Source: Paraphysomonas bandaiensis (taxonomy: Eukaryota; Protista; Chrysophyceae). From it: DNA of 64,000 nt. The stretch covers positions 62,001 through 126,000 of the forward strand of contig CBFFRP010000314.1 in assembly GCA_965644295.1 (NCBI GenBank), written 5' to 3'. Positions 61,201 to 64,000 of the stretch are shown here, piece by piece (the stretch's first letter is position 1; every line of letters starts with the position of its first letter). The notes beneath the pieces were generated by a model, which made no database searches, was not told the DNA's origin, and worked only from the letters and a program-made list of their open reading frames with translations. Both the position numbers and the translations under genes were made by a program.

Positions 61201-64000
61201 ATCAGAAGCCAATCCTCTGAACCGATTGATGAATACTGATATCCCAATGTCTGATGGACCACACTCTCTTTTCTGACAAAATATTTTTTCTTCGATGTAT
61301 TCCTTCTTCCGATATATATTATAATATCTTCTTGATTTTTTGTGTCCGATGACATAATATTGTATGCCCATATCTGAACTATTTACTAATTGATGTGATT
61401 CTGTGGTGGTGTATATTTGTATGAAATGACTTGAACATAGGGCAGTGATTGTATTTATTGGAGCTGTCTGATTTTAATGATGACAGTGTTTTATTATTCA
61501 ATGAGCCCTAGATACATATTGGATGGTTATAGTTAATAGAATGGTGTGAACACTTGTTGTCTCTTTATGATTCACAGATTGCAAATGACACTATATTTGT
61601 TCGTTATGCGCGCAATGACGATAAGTTTGTTTCTGACACCTCTTGTTTGAGGTCCTTCTGTGAAACACTCAAAAATGAGTGTGAATCAGTCGGGTCGTTG
61701 AACGCAACTTTTTCCTGAGCGCGCGTTGCAGTGATATTATGTGCTGTATGTCATGTTGATTTTGTGTCCGATGATGACCATAATATCAGAAGCCAATCCT
61801 CTGAACCGATTGATGAATACTGATATCCCAATGTCTGAAGGACTGTGCTATCTACCCATACCACACTTGTGCTTAAGTTTCTACTGTTGAGGTTTTGTTA
61901 ATACTCATGTATTCAGGCGCGCATCGTGGCAATGACCTGTACTCACGCTGCAATGACTAGACGGCGACTCGTTGAACTGGGCTTTAAGTATGACAGGTGA
62001 TGCGAGTGCCTGTAACAAACTGTATAGAGCATGGGCAGTGATATTTTTATATTGGAGCTGTCTGATTTTATTGATGACAATGCTTTACGCGATTTAATGA
62101 GCCTATTATATATATACACCATAGAAGTGTATGCGCTCGAAATATTGTGTCTTGTCTTATATTGTATACGAAGTATGATTATGGAGGAGGCAGCACAAGT
62201 ATTAGAGATTGAGACACTTATTCCAATGCTACTTCAAAACACAGATAGTGTCGATGGATGTCGACTGAAACGAGTTGTTCTCATTGGAGACCACTATCAG
62301 GTACATGATTGCAATAGCAGTAATTGGTAGAGACTTATAGTTGACAGTACTATTTATGACTATGTGTGTTATGTGTGCGGCATATGTACCGAGGGCGATG
62401 ATATTTAAACAATTATCCCTGACTTACAACCAATTTACTGGTGACAAATGTAACGTCAATGAGCCTGAAAGTACTGTACCATATATGACCATGTGTACTT
62501 GTGTATTATGTGTGTGGTATATGTACCGAGGGCGATGATATTTAAACAATTATCCCTGACTTACAACCAATTTACTGGTGACAAATGTAACGTCAATGAG
62601 CCTGAAAGTACTGTACCATATATGACCATGTGTACTTGTGTATTATGTGTGTGGTATATGTACCGAGGGCGATGATATTTAAACAATTATCCCTGACTTA
62701 CAACCAATTTACTGGTGACAAATGTAACGTCAATGAGCCTGAAAGTACTGTACCATATATGACCATGTGTACTTGTGTATTATGTGTGTGGTATATGTAC
62801 CGAGGGCGATGATATTTAAACAATTATCCCTGACTTACAACCAATTTACTGGTGACAAATGTAACGTCAATGAGCCTGAAAGTACTGTACCATATATGAC
62901 CATGTGTACTTGTGTATTATGTGTGTGGTATATGTACCGAGGGCGATGATATTTAAACAATTATCCCTGACTTACAACCAATTTACTGGTGACAAATGTA
63001 ACGTCAATGAGCCTGAATGTACTGTGTTCTAGTTATTCGTTGTTCAATTATTATATATATGACTTGTACTTTGCTTGCAGCTCCCTCCTGTTGTTAAACA
63101 CCCAGCGTTTCAGCGGTATTCTCGGCTTGATCAGTCGATGTTTTCACGTCTCGTGAGACTGGGTGTACCATATATTCAATTGGATAAACAAGGTCGTGCT
63201 CGGCCTGAGATAGCGTCTCTTTACAGTTGGAGGTATGTGTTTGATGTTTATATTGTCTGTTTTGTGTTTATATTATCGTGTAGGTACAACAAAAAGGGTG
63301 GACCTCACGAAAGTAATGGCCTTGGTAACCTACCTGTGGTACAAAATGGTGGCAACTCGGAGTATAGATTTGCGAATGCCGGTTTCACATTTCCATTTCA
63401 ACTCATCGATGTTCCAGGTATGTTTTTTTACACTTTCTAAGAGATGCATTAATTTTGAATTTTGTCACAGCATTCCAAGGCAAGGGAGAGTTTTGCCCTA
63501 CGCCGTATTTTTACCAAAATCTTGGTGAAGCGGAGTATGTGGTCGCAGTTTATCAATACATGCGGTTGATAGGTTACCCTGCTGAAAAAATCAGCATCCT
63601 CAGTACTTACAATGGACAGAAGCATTTGATTCGTGATATTATTTCACAGCGATGCAAGAATCCAGTATTCGGTGAGAACTAGTTTTTGTTTTTTCCGTCT
63701 CTCATGTCGGCATATACAGGACGTCCAAGTGCCGTTACCACTGTAGACAAATTTCAGGGTCAGCAAAATGACTATATCCTTCTCTCGCTTGTACGTACTG
63801 AGTCAGTTGGCCATCTGAGGGATATTCGCCGTCTAGTGGTGGCAGCCAGTCGAGCTAGACTGGGGTTGTATGTTTTTTGTCGACAAGAGCTGTTTGAGAA
63901 TTGTTACGAACTGAGTCCGACTTTTGCTCAGCTTTTGTCACGCCCACCCCTATTGTCATTGGTACTGAATGAGAGATACCCTACGAGCAGACCAGTTGCT
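55246..64000 (+). CDS. AQR: Aquarius / intron-binding protein IBP160 (SF1 spliceosomal helicase), multi-exon, 3'-truncated by the window
   Basis: [101 protein letters not shown]. Confidence 0.97.
58343..58428 (+). ncRNA. Box C/D snoRNA candidate, family A copy 1 (divergent)
   Basis: ATGATTG...GATTAGTCTTT...GTGATT...ATGA with a ctc/gag stem; paralogous to 58528-58600. Confidence 0.5.
58528..58600 (+). ncRNA. Box C/D snoRNA candidate, family A copy 2
   Basis: agtcc/ggact stem; C ATGATGT, D' CAGA, C' GTGATT, D ATGA. Guide GATTAGTCTTT is complementary to conserved LSU AAAGACUAAUC. Confidence 0.7.
59061..59156 (+). ncRNA. Box C/D snoRNA, snR72-like, copy 1
   Basis: aagttggc/gtcaactt stem; C ATGATGA, D' CTGA, D CTGA. 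Guide ATTTGCACGTTAG pairs with LSU CUGACGUGCAAAU (one G-U). Confidence 0.88.
59204..59307 (+). ncRNA. Box C/D snoRNA, snR72-like, copy 2
   Basis: gtactattgac/gtcaattgtac stem; C GTGAAGA; same D guide and CTGA as copy 1. Confidence 0.85.
59331..59419 (+). ncRNA. Box C/D snoRNA, snR72-like, copy 3
   Basis: gcgtgac/gtcacgt stem; C GTGAAGA; TTGCACGTTAGT-CTGA retained while the interior has diverged. Confidence 0.8.
59756..59833 (+). ncRNA. Box C/D snoRNA, family B copy 1
   Basis: C GTGATGA, D' CTGA, C' GTGATGA, D CTGA. Guide AGCCAATCCT is complementary to LSU AGGAUUGGCU. Confidence 0.88.
60714..60826 (+). ncRNA. Long box C/D snoRNA, family C (snoR1/snR48-like) copy 1
   Basis: gcgc/gcgc stem; C ATGACGA, D CTGA. 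TTTCTGACACCTCT is complementary to LSU AGAGGUGUCAGAAA, followed by a putative D' TTGA. Confidence 0.82.
60870..60947 (+). ncRNA. Box C/D snoRNA, family B copy 2
   Basis: gtcc/ggac stem; C variant ATGGTGA; D', C' and D intact. Confidence 0.75.
61026..61138 (+). ncRNA. Long box C/D snoRNA, family C copy 2
   Basis: Near-identical to 60714-60826 at a 312-bp period. Confidence 0.82.
61182..61259 (+). ncRNA. Box C/D snoRNA, family B copy 3
   Basis: ATGATGA/CTGA/TGATGA/CTGA with a gtcc/ggac stem. Confidence 0.88.
61438..61510 (+). ncRNA. Box C/D snoRNA, family D copy 1
   Basis: tagggc/gcccta stem; C GTGATTG, D' CTGA, C' ATGATGA, D ATGA. Guide TATTGGAGCTG is complementary to 18S CAGCUCCAAUA. Confidence 0.82.
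61608..61724 (+). ncRNA. Long box C/D snoRNA, family C copy 3
   Basis: gcgcgc/gcgcgc stem; near-identical to the other family C copies. Confidence 0.82.
61766..61843 (+). ncRNA. Box C/D snoRNA, family B copy 4
   Basis: All four boxes canonical; gtcc/ggac stem. Confidence 0.88.
62031..62106 (+). ncRNA. Box C/D snoRNA, family D copy 2
   Basis: atgggc/gcctat stem; same TATTGGAGCTGT-CTGA guide; the only unit in intron 61997-62173. Confidence 0.8.
62365..63025 (+). repeat. 5 x 137-bp tandem repeat in an AQR intron, each unit carrying a C/D snoRNA candidate (family E)
   Basis: Units at 62393-62466, 62530-62603, 62667-62740, 62804-62877 and 62941-63014 read gggc-ATGATAT...TTATCCCTGA...GTGACA...ATGA-gcct. 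Confidence 0.85.

Noticed and set aside
62341-62949. Four repeated 60-65 aa ORFs, or a CRISPR-like array
   Set aside because: They lie inside an AQR intron, the units are identical with no unique spacers, and no cas genes are present. The snoRNA-like unit explains the repeat.

Overview
Eukaryotic, intron-rich, gene-dense window. The beta-tubulin sequence and gene content suggest a flagellate stramenopile (ochrophyte/chrysophyte-like), which is my inference. It opens with a complete, very recent Ty1/Copia LTR retrotransposon (53-5343, minus strand, apparently identical 293-bp LTRs, 5-bp TSD). About 15 protein genes follow, mostly in head-to-head pairs: ShKT-prolyl 4-hydroxylase, CEP164, a PqaA/AprA-like secreted protein, beta-tubulin, a 2x dsRBD-GNAT(SSAT) fusion, CCDC22, a signal-peptide JmjC oxygenase, kaptin-like, SENP8, an ABCC transporter, a hotdog thioesterase, a virus-like SNase and AQR (Aquarius/IBP160, truncated by the window end). 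There are also dispersed non-autonomous repeats and a 668-bp (TATG)n tract. The most striking unannotated structure is in AQR: its enlarged introns hold about 19 box C/D snoRNA-like units of six families, several per intron and tandemly amplified. They have C/D boxes, terminal stems and 10-14 nt antisense elements to conserved rRNA sequence. AQR is the splicing factor known to couple splicing to intronic C/D snoRNP assembly. rRNA targets and family names are from memory of conserved sequences and need Infernal/rDNA confirmation.
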